DNA from: an uncultured Phycisphaerales bacterium
GTDB lineage: Bacteria > Planctomycetota > Phycisphaerae > Sedimentisphaerales > Anaerobacaceae
DNA length: 64,000 nt
NCBI GenBank assembly: GCA_963718665.1
Contig: OY970359.1
Span: forward strand, 192,001-256,000
Direction: 5' to 3'
A program made the position numbers and the translations under genes. The notes beneath the pieces were generated by a model. That model was not told the origin of the DNA. It did not search any database and saw nothing but the letters and a program-made list of their open reading frames with translations. This document shows positions 18,183 to 26,591 of this stretch, piece by piece (the first letter of the stretch is position 1; every line of letters starts with the position of its first letter).

Positions 18183-18764
18183 ATGTTTGCACAACTAATA
18201 AAGATTCAAAATTGTCTCGACTTTATTATCACCTGTCCACTGCTCGCCTGTCGCCTGTTCCGTTATGGCTACACCTTCCGCAAAATCGACATCGGCGAAG
18301 GTTATTTCACGCTCGTCGAGCCGCGCGACTATTACCGAATCAGACGCTTCAAATGGTGTGTTTGGGGAAACGGTAGTAAATTTTACGCTGTCAGAATTAT
18401 GGTAACTGGGCCGGGAAAGACAAAGATAATGTATTTACACAGACAGTTATTGAATGCGCCCAAGGGGGTTTTGGTTGACCATAGAAATCGCGACCCATTG
18501 GATAACCGCCGAGAAAATCTGCGGTTCGCGACACAGTCAGAGAATATGCAAAACAGGGGCAAAAGAAAAAATGGCACCTCGAAATTCATCGGCGTATGGT
18601 TTGTGAAGGTAAAAGGAAAATGGGAAAGCAGAATCACCCATAAAGGCAAACTAATATACATCGGCTGCTTCGACTCCGAAATCGACGCCGCCCGCGCCTA
18701 TGACGCCGCCGCAAAAAAATTTCGCGGGGAATTCGCGAGGTTGAACTTTCCGGAAAATACTTGA
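18183..18764 (+). CDS. HNH endonuclease-AP2 DNA-binding domain protein
   Basis: YLHRQLL...VDHRNRDPLDNRRENLR...ENMQN (HNH_3 type) then SKFIGVW...KWESRI...IGCFDSEIDAARAYD (AP2); GGAGAGG RBS. Confidence 0.92.
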   Translation: MFAQLIKIQNCLDFIITCPLLACRLFRYGYTFRKIDIGEGYFTLVEPRDYYRIRRFKWCVWGNGSKFYAVRIMVTGPGKTKIMYLHRQLLNAPKGVLVDHRNRDPLDNRRENLRFATQSENMQNRGKRKNGTSKFIGVWFVKVKGKWESRITHKGKLIYIGCFDSEIDAARAYDAAAKKFRGEFARLNFPENT

Positions 18765-18802
18765 ACCCCGTCACTCGCCGGGGGCGGAGATGACAGGGCT
18801 AA
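18765..18802 (-). repeat. TTAG-tagged REP-like hairpin (family A) filling the gap between the HNH-AP2 and transposase stop codons
   Basis: Minus strand TTAGCCCTGTCATCTCCGCCCCCGGCGAGTGACGGGGTT; the TAG within TTAG is the transposase stop codon. Confidence 0.8.
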
Positions 18803-19257
18803 TTATTCTTGCGGTGATTTTTATTTACATAATTGATTTTTATTTGAAGGGTATTCGCGTCGAAACAATATCGTTTATTAAAGCCGGCCGTCCATACCCG
18901 GCCCCGCATTCCATTTTTACGAAGCGCATACACGGCACAACTCTTGTATCGCTGCACAACAATCCCGATTGGCTTGGGAATATATTCCGCCACAAGGTGA
19001 ACATGCTTTGCGCAAACCGACAGGGCATAAATTCGCTGGCCCAACTGAATCGCTTGTTGCCGGATGGCCTCTGCCGCAATCCGTCGCTGGTTAAAAGACA
19101 ACTGCACCGCGTCTTTCGTAAGCGCCTTTGAATTTGCGTCCGCCAGTTCTTCATTTGGGGGCATAATTTCCCCGTCTTTGGAATATTTGCGTTTGTCCCC
19201 TTGCAGCCAGCTTCCGTAGGTTGTCCACGTCACCATATATCCGATTGTCTTCGCCAT
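18799..19257 (-). CDS. Y1 HUH transposase, REP-associated tyrosine transposase (RAYT/TnpA-REP)-like
   Basis: YMVTWTTYGSWLQGD N-terminal motif, HUH motif KHVHLV, VWTAGF, putative catalytic Tyr in INYVNKN; 152 aa; hairpin repeats on both sides. Confidence 0.85.
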   Translation of the reverse strand: MAKTIGYMVTWTTYGSWLQGDKRKYSKDGEIMPPNEELADANSKALTKDAVQLSFNQRRIAAEAIRQQAIQLGQRIYALSVCAKHVHLVAEYIPKPIGIVVQRYKSCAVYALRKNGMRGRVWTAGFNKRYCFDANTLQIKINYVNKNHRKNN

Positions 19258-19264
19258 ATCGCAA

Positions 19265-19293
19265 ATTTTATGAAATCATATTTTCTTTTTCAA
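19265..19293 (-). promoter_or_regulatory. Sigma70-type promoter of the transposase (leaderless)
   Basis: TTGAAA-17 nt-TAAAAT-7 nt-ATG. Confidence 0.65.
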
Positions 19294-19325
19294 TTGATAT
19301 TTAACGTTCTTCCTCATCCATATAA

Positions 19326-19526
19326 TATTTAGCCCCGCCATCTCCGGCTTGCCCGAAAGGGCAAGACGAGTGGCGGGGTTAATTTGTCGTTCCCCTGCCA
19401 TCTCCGGCTTGCCCGAAAGGGCAAGACGAGTGGCGGGGTTAATTTGTCGTTCCCCTGCCATCTCCGGCTTGCCCGAAAGGGCAAGACGAGTGGCGGGGTT
19501 AATTTGTCGTTCCCCTGCCATCTCCG
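19326..19526 (+). repeat. Tandem array of three 60-bp family A hairpins plus the start of a fourth
   Basis: Unit GCCATCTCCGGCTTGCCCGAAAGGGCAAGACGAGTGGCGGGGTTAATTTGTCGTTCCCCT with exact 60-bp period; no variable spacers. Confidence 0.95.
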
Positions 19527-19714
19527 CCCGCCTGCCCTCGAATGTTTTTGTCGGGGGTGGCGAGCCTGTCCCGCCGTAGTCCCTTAGGGACGAAGGGGGA
19601 TGGCAGGGTTAATTTCGCGTGTGATGGGGTTTATCCGCCGCAGGCAGATTACACAATGAACGCCCGCATCGGGCGTTTGTATTTACCACCATACCGCCGA
19701 CCTTGTCGGCGGCG

Positions 19715-19756
19715 TATTTAGCCCCGCCATCTCCGCCCTTGGCGAGTGGCGGGGTT
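19715..19756 (+). repeat. TTAG-tagged REP-like hairpin (family A), minimal form
   Basis: TATTTAGCCCCGCCATCTCCGCCCTTGGCGAGTGGCGGGGTT. Confidence 0.85.
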
Positions 19757-19981
19757 ATTTAATCTTATGACGGGGTTTTTGAAATTGTGTGGCAGGGTTA
19801 CTTTCGCAACGCAGGCAACTCCCGTAAGGGATGCTGCAACAACGATTTTTACACAAAAAACTGGTCTGGTCCCTGACAGAAGACCCCCTGTGGGGCAGGC
19901 AGAGGAGCATCCACCTTGGGATCTGCGCTGCGCTCCGAGGGGCGGGGAAAAACGGCTGATGGCCCCATTATTCCGACAAGG

Positions 19982-21664
19982 TCATTTTGCCGCTTTAGCA
20001 GCGGTTCGTATCATTTCTGCGATCTTCCCTTGTTTGTGCTTGTATGCAATGTCCAAAGCTGTCATATCATCACGGTCTTTGATGCTAGTATTAGCCCCTG
20101 CCTTAAGTAGCATCTCTGCTACATCGGCACTTCCTAGAAAAGTAGCTATCATTAACGCGGTCTGACCAGATATATCTTTGAGATCAGGATTTGCGCCAGA
20201 TTCAAGCAGGAGTTTGCATACTTCGATATTTTTGTAACGCGCACCGTACATTAGTGGTGTAATTCCGTGTACATTCCCCATGTCTGGGTTTGCACCAGCA
20301 TCTAACAATAACCGCATAATCTGCGGATAACCCTGCGCCGCGGCCATCAAAAGAGCTGTCCAGCCAGCTTCTGCTCGTTCATTGACATCGAGGTTCTTTT
20401 GTTGCAAGATATCTCGTACTTGCTGTTCTTGACCGTGCTCAACAGCTCTGTGCAGCAAATGCTCAGCATAATGCTCAGCATATTGATCACTCATACTTTT
20501 TATTACGGCTTGATTGATTGCGAAGGATAATAATTTCCGGGGTGTCTCGTTATCCTGATCAGGGTGAGCGCTGATATACTCCTCCGCATAGCTCTCCACA
20601 AGATTGATGGGAATTGTGATTTCCCGATTGCCATCCTTAGGATTTTCAGGAATGCACAGAACTCGGAGTGCTTCCTTCTTACTATGCAGATTTTGAATCC
20701 TGACACCACGGTTCTCGGGGCTCTCATTCTTTGGATTGTCGTCTTTGTGATATATTAGGAGTTTAATATCCTCCAATGGTATGACACGGAAGTTAATTGG
20801 AGTTTGGGATTGTGTGTCCGAGAATTTCTCCCGTATTGTCTTCTGGATAGCCTGAGGATCTATGACCTTAGAATCTGCATTTATAGGAAGACCAACATTT
20901 TGGGCAGCCTGTTTGCCATATTTATGCAGAAAATAGAAATAGTCGTGGGGATCAAAGATTATTGTCTTTAACTGAACAATACGTTTACGGTAAGGAACAT
21001 GATTTCCTTCTTTATCTTGACTGAAACAAAGTGATGCTACTCGTGGTCCAAGCATGAAAAGATATGCAAAAGTAACGAGGCAAGGGCCTATTACCTGGAG
21101 TACCATTGGTGTGAAGTACCAAAGCACATAGTAGGTAACCATCAGAACAATAACTATAGGAATCGACATCTTGAACACTGCGCGGGTGGCCACAGGCACA
21201 CGGGAAAGATTAATGGCCTTGGCTTCCACCTGGGTCCGAATCATAAGCGAAGCAAATGCTACAACCGACACAAATAAGCCAATGAGAAAACCAACTGCAA
21301 TGAATATGAAATACCATGCCGGTAATACGTCTGCAAAAGAGGTGTTTGCTGCGATAAGTGAATAACTTAACCAGAGTGCCACACAGGAGAAAAGTATTGT
21401 AAGCCCAACATGTAATCGTGCCCGATATAAACGATGCGATAAATGCATCCATTCCCAAATAAGATATAATGTGGCGGCTACAAGCATCGCTGCGACAAAA
21501 CGTGAGTAAAGCTGCTGATTCTCCAAAGTTACATTGAGTATTGGTAAAGTCTGAGAAGGAGCAAGACCTAAAAAGCGCGCGAGTAAAAGAATCCCTCCGA
21601 GCACCCAGATTAACACCTCTGCTTTGTAGGGTACTGCCGACAAATCTGTCTTGATATCATCCAT
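19982..21664 (-). CDS. Multi-pass membrane protein with C-terminal ankyrin repeats
   Basis: About 6 hydrophobic helices in the first 210 aa; GWTALLMAA, GITPLMYGA, GQTALMIAT and MTALDIA ankyrin repeats. Confidence 0.88.
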   Translation of the reverse strand: MDDIKTDLSAVPYKAEVLIWVLGGILLLARFLGLAPSQTLPILNVTLENQQLYSRFVAAMLVAATLYLIWEWMHLSHRLYRARLHVGLTILFSCVALWLSYSLIAANTSFADVLPAWYFIFIAVGFLIGLFVSVVAFASLMIRTQVEAKAINLSRVPVATRAVFKMSIPIVIVLMVTYYVLWYFTPMVLQVIGPCLVTFAYLFMLGPRVASLCFSQDKEGNHVPYRKRIVQLKTIIFDPHDYFYFLHKYGKQAAQNVGLPINADSKVIDPQAIQKTIREKFSDTQSQTPINFRVIPLEDIKLLIYHKDDNPKNESPENRGVRIQNLHSKKEALRVLCIPENPKDGNREITIPINLVESYAEEYISAHPDQDNETPRKLLSFAINQAVIKSMSDQYAEHYAEHLLHRAVEHGQEQQVRDILQQKNLDVNERAEAGWTALLMAAAQGYPQIMRLLLDAGANPDMGNVHGITPLMYGARYKNIEVCKLLLESGANPDLKDISGQTALMIATFLGSADVAEMLLKAGANTSIKDRDDMTALDIAYKHKQGKIAEMIRTAAKAAK

Positions 21665-21731
21665 GTCATTTATCCACAGCTAACAATAATAATGAATAAT
21701 TAGGAAATAATTATCTACTAACGACTACTAA

Positions 21732-22244
21732 CTATCCCCATACCGCGGCGAAGGCGCGCTTCACTTTTTCGGTCTTCATAAAAATCAAAAGCAGGATGGG
21801 GTAAATAAAAGCCATCAGCGTCATGCCTGCATAGGTAACCCAAAAGTGCCACCTGCCTACGTCTTTCGGCAGATTTGCCAAACCCAAAAGAATTATAACA
21901 GCGGGATAACCACGGATAACAGTGTGCAATCCGATACTAACCCATGCGTATATAATCGAACCGCGTCTCGACCATTTTTTCATTCTTAGAAGCCCTATGC
22001 CCAGCACAATCAGCCAAATCGATAAAACAACACTAACAAGGCACGAGAGTAAGAATAATGGCATCCCTGGCATTGCGGTCTTGCCCATTAAAACCGGCGC
22101 TATTATTTTGTATAACTGCGGATAAGTGCTTATAAAAGGGTAACAGCCGAGCACAAAACCCAGCAGCCCGAACACCGCAACAGATATCGGCCTTTCAATA
22201 ACCTGCGGCGGTTCTTGCGTTTGATTGGAATCTAAATCCGACAT
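21732..22244 (-). CDS. Hypothetical four-helix membrane protein
   Basis: 170-aa ORF with four hydrophobic segments; GGAGG RBS. Confidence 0.75.
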   Translation of the reverse strand: MSDLDSNQTQEPPQVIERPISVAVFGLLGFVLGCYPFISTYPQLYKIIAPVLMGKTAMPGMPLFLLSCLVSVVLSIWLIVLGIGLLRMKKWSRRGSIIYAWVSIGLHTVIRGYPAVIILLGLANLPKDVGRWHFWVTYAGMTLMAFIYPILLLIFMKTEKVKRAFAAVWG

Positions 22245-22280
22245 AAATCGATACCTCCCAATATCGTCTTGCGTTTTAAC

Positions 22281-22336
22281 TATCCGCTATCCGCTGCCCG
22301 CTGTACGCTGTACGCTATACGCTATACGCTATACGC
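22281..22336. repeat. Heptamer tandem repeat TRNNCGC x8
   Basis: TATCCGC x2, TGCCCGC, TGTACGC x2, TATACGC x3. Confidence 0.9.
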
Positions 22337-22341
22337 TGACC

Positions 22342-25300
22342 CTACGAACAGCCCATACTGTTTCCGCAATTGAAGCATTTATAGCAGGTTCCGTTGCGGA
22401 CGGTGATTGAGCCGCAAATATCGCAGGCGGGAGCATCATCCTGAAAGTGCTGGAACTGGTAATTGAACTGCTGCATAACCGCGGCGTCGGACTTTGTGCC
22501 ATCCGCCTGTTCGGGTGAGCCGGCAGTTACCACTATCCCCAGACCCGCTAACCTGTTGGCGGATTTGGCTGGTATCTCGACAATTCGAGAGGGCTTGATT
22601 GTATCTTCGCAGGCATCGTCATCCTCATCGACTTTTGAGACGGACTGGATTCCTGCTTTCGCAGGAATGACAGACGCTTCTGAGGAGGCCTTGGCCTCTT
22701 TAACCTCGGCAATTTTCTGGGCGAGGTCGCGGGTCTTTTCCACGACCTGCCGGGCCGTAGTAACGTTCTTATTTTCGCCCCCTGCTGTCGCGGTGCGGTT
22801 CGGGGTATTATGTTCCGCGTAGCCGGGGATGAACTGGCAGCCCATCCAGCAGAAGATATAGTCGATTACGCTCTTGGCGAACGGAATATCTCTGTTCGAG
22901 GTCATTCCCGCCGGCTCGAAACGAGCGTGCCTGAACTTATCCACTAAGGTAATCAGCGGCACACCGTATTGCAGCGCCATCGACGTGCAGGTTCCAATGA
23001 CGTCCATCAATCCGCCGACGGTGCTGCCTTCTTTTGCCATAGTGATAAATAATTCACCGGGCTGGCCGTCTTCGTAAAGACCGACGGTGAGGTAGCCCTC
23101 GTGGTTGGCGACGGAGAATTTGTGGGTGATGCTGTGGCGGGTATCCGCAAGGCGATGCCTGTAAGGTCTGGCGGGGGCAACGACGGCCTTATCCTTGTTT
23201 TTATCTTTGTGATTTTTGGTGGAAACGGGCTGGAGCATCTTGGAGCCATCGCGGTAAATGGCGACGGCCTTGAGGCCCAGTTTCCAGCCCTGCATATAAG
23301 CGGATGCGATTTCATCGGCAGTGGCTTCTTTGGGCATATTTATGGTTTTGCTGATGGCGCCTGTGATGAAAGGTTGCACCGCGGCCATCATTTTGATATG
23401 CGCCATATAGTGAATATAGCGTTTGCCGTTGCGGGGCTTGAAGGCACAGTCGAAGATGGGCAGATGCTGAGTATTGAATTTTTGGGCGCCTTCGATGGTT
23501 TCGTGCTCGTCGATAAAGTCGGCGATTGATTTTATTTCGTCTGCGCTGTAGCCGAGGCGCTCGAGGGCCATACCAACGGTGTTATTGACGAGCTTGAGCA
23601 TACCGCCGCCGGCTAAGAGCTTGTATTTTACGAGAGCGATATCGGGTTCGATACCCGTTGTGGCGCAATCCATAAGGAAGCCGATTGTGCCTGTGGGGGC
23701 GAGGACTGTAACCTGGGCATTTCGGAAGCCGGTCTTTGAGCCGGCGTCGAATGCCTCATCCCAGGCGTCCTTGGCGGCGTTGCGGAGATAAGCCGGACAA
23801 TGTGATTCGGGGATGCTGGAAGCATGTTGCCTGTGCATGTTTATAACTTTGAGCATCGATTCGGCGTTTTTGGGAAATTCGTCGAATGCGCCTTTTACGG
23901 AAGCGATTTCGGCACTGACGGTATAGGCGGCGCCTGTCATTACCGCGCTAATGGCGGCGGCCAATGCCCGTGCCTGGTCGGAGTCATAAGGAAGCGCCAA
24001 GGCCATAACCAGCGAACCGAGATTGGCATAGCCAAGACCGAGGGGCCTGAAAAGATGACTGTTGATTGCGATTGCCTTATCGGGGTAGGAGCCGTTATCG
24101 ACGAGGATTTCCTGTGCGATAATGAACAGGCGGACGGCCTTTTTGAATGCGGTGATATCGAATGTGCCATCTTCTTTGAGGAATTTCATCAGGTTGAGCG
24201 AGGCGAGGTTGCAGGCGGAATCATCGACGAACATATATTCGCTGCACGGATTGGAGGCGTTAATCCGTCCGGAGGCCGGGCAGGTATGCCAGCGGTTGAT
24301 GGTGCTGTCATATTGAACGCCCGGGTCGCCGCAGAGACGAGTGCCTTCGGCTATAAGGGTCATAAGCTCGCGGGCGTTGTGCTCTTCGATTTTCTGGCCA
24401 TTGGTTACGGCGTAGGTGGCCCACTTGGCGTCTTTTTCGACGGCTTCCATAAATTCGTCGGTAACGCGAACCGAGAAATTGGAGTTCTGGAACATTACGC
24501 TGTTATAGGCCTCGGCGTTGTGGTCGCCTGTGTAGCCGGCTTCGATGAGGGCCCAGGCCTTTTTTTCTTCTTCGGTTTTGCAGGTGATGAATTCTTTGAT
24601 GTCAGGATGAGTAACCTTCATTGACTGCATTTTGGCAGCGCGGCGAGTTTTGCCGCCCGATTTGATTACCGCCGCAATCTGGTCGTAAACACGCATAAAG
24701 CTGAGCGGGCCTGACGGTTTGCCGCCGCCTGAAAGCTTTTCCTTGGAGCTGCGAAGGGTTGAAAGGTCTGTCCCTGTCCCTGAGCCGTGCTTGAAGAGCA
24801 TCGCTTCGCTTGTGGCGAGGCGCATTATATCTTCCATTGAGTCCTTGACGGACTGGATGAAGCAGGCGGAGGCCTGCGGGTATTCGTAGGAGTTCTCGCA
24901 GGGGACGGCCTCGCTGTGTTTGGGGTCCCAGCGATAGTTGTGCGAACCGCCCTCGATGCCGTAAACATCATAAAGGCCTATGTTGAACCAGACGGGGGAA
25001 TTGAATGCGCCGCACTGGTTGACGCAGAGCCAGGTTAATTCGTTATAGAAGATTTCTGCGTCTGCGTCGGAGGCGAAGTAGCCATCTCGTTTGCCGCGGT
25101 CTGCGATTGTCCGGCAGACACGGTGGACTAACTGCTTTACAGAATTTTCGCGAGCGAATGTTGTAACGTCGCCGTAGAAATATTTACTGGAGACAACTTT
25201 GGTCGCCAGTTGTGACCAATTGGTCGGGACTTCGATATCATTTTGCTCGAAGACGGCTTCGCCCGTGTCGTTGGTAATTTTGGCGGAGCGCTTTTCCCAT

Positions 25301-25455
25301 TGCAGCTCGTCAAAAGGATGAACACCCGGGGCGGAGAAGCACTGCTCTATCTTCATACCCCGATTGAAGTTAGACGAAACGGGGACAGTTTTGCCCATCG
25401 GCTTGTTTGATTGAGTGTTTTTGAAAGGATTATCAGGGTTGAACGAGCCAGCCAT
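22342..25455 (-). CDS. nrdJ: Adenosylcobalamin-dependent (class II) ribonucleotide reductase with C-terminal TSCPD-like and Zn-ribbon regions
   Basis: AFNSPVWFN, SACFI, SNPCSEY, ACNLASLN, APTGTI, AISKTIN, YRDGSK; terminal CDICG...CYKCFNCG. Confidence 0.96.
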   Translation of the reverse strand: MAGSFNPDNPFKNTQSNKPMGKTVPVSSNFNRGMKIEQCFSAPGVHPFDELQWEKRSAKITNDTGEAVFEQNDIEVPTNWSQLATKVVSSKYFYGDVTTFARENSVKQLVHRVCRTIADRGKRDGYFASDADAEIFYNELTWLCVNQCGAFNSPVWFNIGLYDVYGIEGGSHNYRWDPKHSEAVPCENSYEYPQASACFIQSVKDSMEDIMRLATSEAMLFKHGSGTGTDLSTLRSSKEKLSGGGKPSGPLSFMRVYDQIAAVIKSGGKTRRAAKMQSMKVTHPDIKEFITCKTEEEKKAWALIEAGYTGDHNAEAYNSVMFQNSNFSVRVTDEFMEAVEKDAKWATYAVTNGQKIEEHNARELMTLIAEGTRLCGDPGVQYDSTINRWHTCPASGRINASNPCSEYMFVDDSACNLASLNLMKFLKEDGTFDITAFKKAVRLFIIAQEILVDNGSYPDKAIAINSHLFRPLGLGYANLGSLVMALALPYDSDQARALAAAISAVMTGAAYTVSAEIASVKGAFDEFPKNAESMLKVINMHRQHASSIPESHCPAYLRNAAKDAWDEAFDAGSKTGFRNAQVTVLAPTGTIGFLMDCATTGIEPDIALVKYKLLAGGGMLKLVNNTVGMALERLGYSADEIKSIADFIDEHETIEGAQKFNTQHLPIFDCAFKPRNGKRYIHYMAHIKMMAAVQPFITGAISKTINMPKEATADEIASAYMQGWKLGLKAVAIYRDGSKMLQPVSTKNHKDKNKDKAVVAPARPYRHRLADTRHSITHKFSVANHEGYLTVGLYEDGQPGELFITMAKEGSTVGGLMDVIGTCTSMALQYGVPLITLVDKFRHARFEPAGMTSNRDIPFAKSVIDYIFCWMGCQFIPGYAEHNTPNRTATAGGENKNVTTARQVVEKTRDLAQKIAEVKEAKASSEASVIPAKAGIQSVSKVDEDDDACEDTIKPSRIVEIPAKSANRLAGLGIVVTAGSPEQADGTKSDAAVMQQFNYQFQHFQDDAPACDICGSITVRNGTCYKCFNCGNSMGCS
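22645..22673. repeat. 29-bp palindromic repeat (family C) in frame inside nrdJ
   Basis: CTGGATTCCTGCTTTCGCAGGAATGACAG, identical to intergenic 29435-29463; encodes VIPAKAGIQ. Confidence 0.92.
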
Positions 25456-25503
25456 TATAACGCCTCCATGCAAAAGCCGCCTAAAAGGCGGGGATTATTA
25501 AAT

Positions 25504-25549
25504 ATACAATATGTTGTTAAGGCGGGCAAAATAATACCATATATAGTGT
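25504..25549. promoter_or_regulatory. Tandem NrdR boxes upstream of nrdJ
   Basis: ATACAATATGTTGTTA (25504-25519) and ATACCATATATAGTGT (25534-25549) fit the acaCwAtATaTwGtgt consensus, 30 bp apart. Confidence 0.85.
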
Positions 25550-25704
25550 AACGCCCGCAAAATCAGTATCGGCAAGTTAACGGGATTTCGATATGGTGTA
25601 AAGAGCAAATTAACGATTTTTTCATCATTTTTTTGCGCTTTTCATATCTCTTTGTTACTTCACAATCTATGGCGCGAAAATTTTTTTCAAATAATAGAAA
25701 ATTC

Positions 25705-26348
25705 TTATAGACCGGCAGCAATTAACCACTGTTGCGCAATCCATGCGTGCGCCCAAATTTCGGGATGAACCATATCAAGCGACCAGTTTTGGGGCGGAAC
25801 TTCCTTTATACGCTCATTGATTGCCTTTTGCAGGGGAACCAAACAAGCGTTAAAGTCGTCGGCGATGCGGCGAACCACCTCGATATAACGGCGAAGATGA
25901 GCGAACATAGGGTCGTTAAAGTCATCGCAGAACATAAACGGCTCGCATATCACAAGTTGGCTGTTACATCTTTGTGTCACCATCATCAAAAGCTGCCTGT
26001 AAGTCGCTTCGTATTCGTCGAGCGGGACGGCGTAAGGCAAGTCGTCTTCGGTAGCGAACTGTCGCCAGACGTCATTTACACCAATCATAATGCTGAGGAT
26101 ATCGGGGTTGTGGTCGAGACAATCCTTTTGCCAGCGGGATTTGAGATCGCGAATGGTGTCGCCTGAGATTCCGGTGTTAAGGATATTAAAGTTGTATGCT
26201 GGGTATCTGCCAAGAAGAAACCTGGTGACGAAGTTGACATAGCCGAAGCCGAAGGGCTTGTAGGCGCGGCGACTCCTGTCGGCGTCGGTGATGCTGTCGC
26301 CGATGAAAAGATTTTTTGGCCTGGCCTTAGTTCTATCTTGTTGGGCAT
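25705..26348 (-). pseudogene. SGNH/GDSL hydrolase, frameshifted near 26306-26317
   Basis: MPNKIELRPGQKI then, in the shifted frame, FIGDSITD...NTGISG...MIGVND...DMVHP. Confidence 0.85.
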
Positions 26349-26382
26349 ATAAGGGATTTTAACATTTAGACGCGAAGGAACA

Positions 26383-26410
26383 AAGTTAGAAGTGAGAAGT
26401 TAGAAGTGAG
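26383..26410. repeat. Heptamer tandem repeat AAGTKAG x4
   Basis: AAGTTAG AAGTGAG AAGTTAG AAGTGAG; reverse complement resembles 11041-11054. Confidence 0.75.
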
Positions 26411-26429
26411 AAAGGAACACCGATTGCCG

Positions 26430-26474
26430 CCCGCCTTCGTTAAAACTACGGCGGGTAAAATTTTGGGATGCGGA
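26430..26474. repeat. 45-bp dispersed repeat (family E-related)
   Basis: CCCGCCTTCGTTAAAACTACGGCGGGTAAAATTTTGGGATGCGGA; 44/45 identical to the reverse complement of 51111-51155. Confidence 0.9.
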
Positions 26475-26591
26475 TTAAAAAATTGCTGATTTCCGATTGC
26501 CGATTGCCAATTTAGGGATGCGGATTTTGTCTAATAAGGTAAAATGGGCGGCTGATACAGCAGGGGTAATTAATAGAAAGGTAAAACAATT

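Noticed and set aside
18799..19257. Classical IS200/IS605 element with TnpB or IscB
   Set aside because: No RuvC-type partner ORF; the neighbour is HNH-AP2, and the multiple flanking hairpins fit a RAYT arrangement better.
19326..19526. CRISPR array
   Set aside because: Units are identical across the whole 60-bp period with no unique spacers, and no cas genes are in the window.
19276..19587. ORFs 19276-19521, 19349-19579 and 19384-19587
   Set aside because: They are translations of the 60-bp tandem repeat, open only because the period is a multiple of three.
22503..22525. Third family B copy in nrdJ (GSPEQAD)
   Set aside because: Only a short gapped match (GCCTG..GGTGAGCC); could be chance.
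22342..25700. Intein in NrdJ or cobalamin riboswitch upstream
   Set aside because: No intein splice or endonuclease motifs seen; the upstream region is AT-rich and explained by NrdR boxes.
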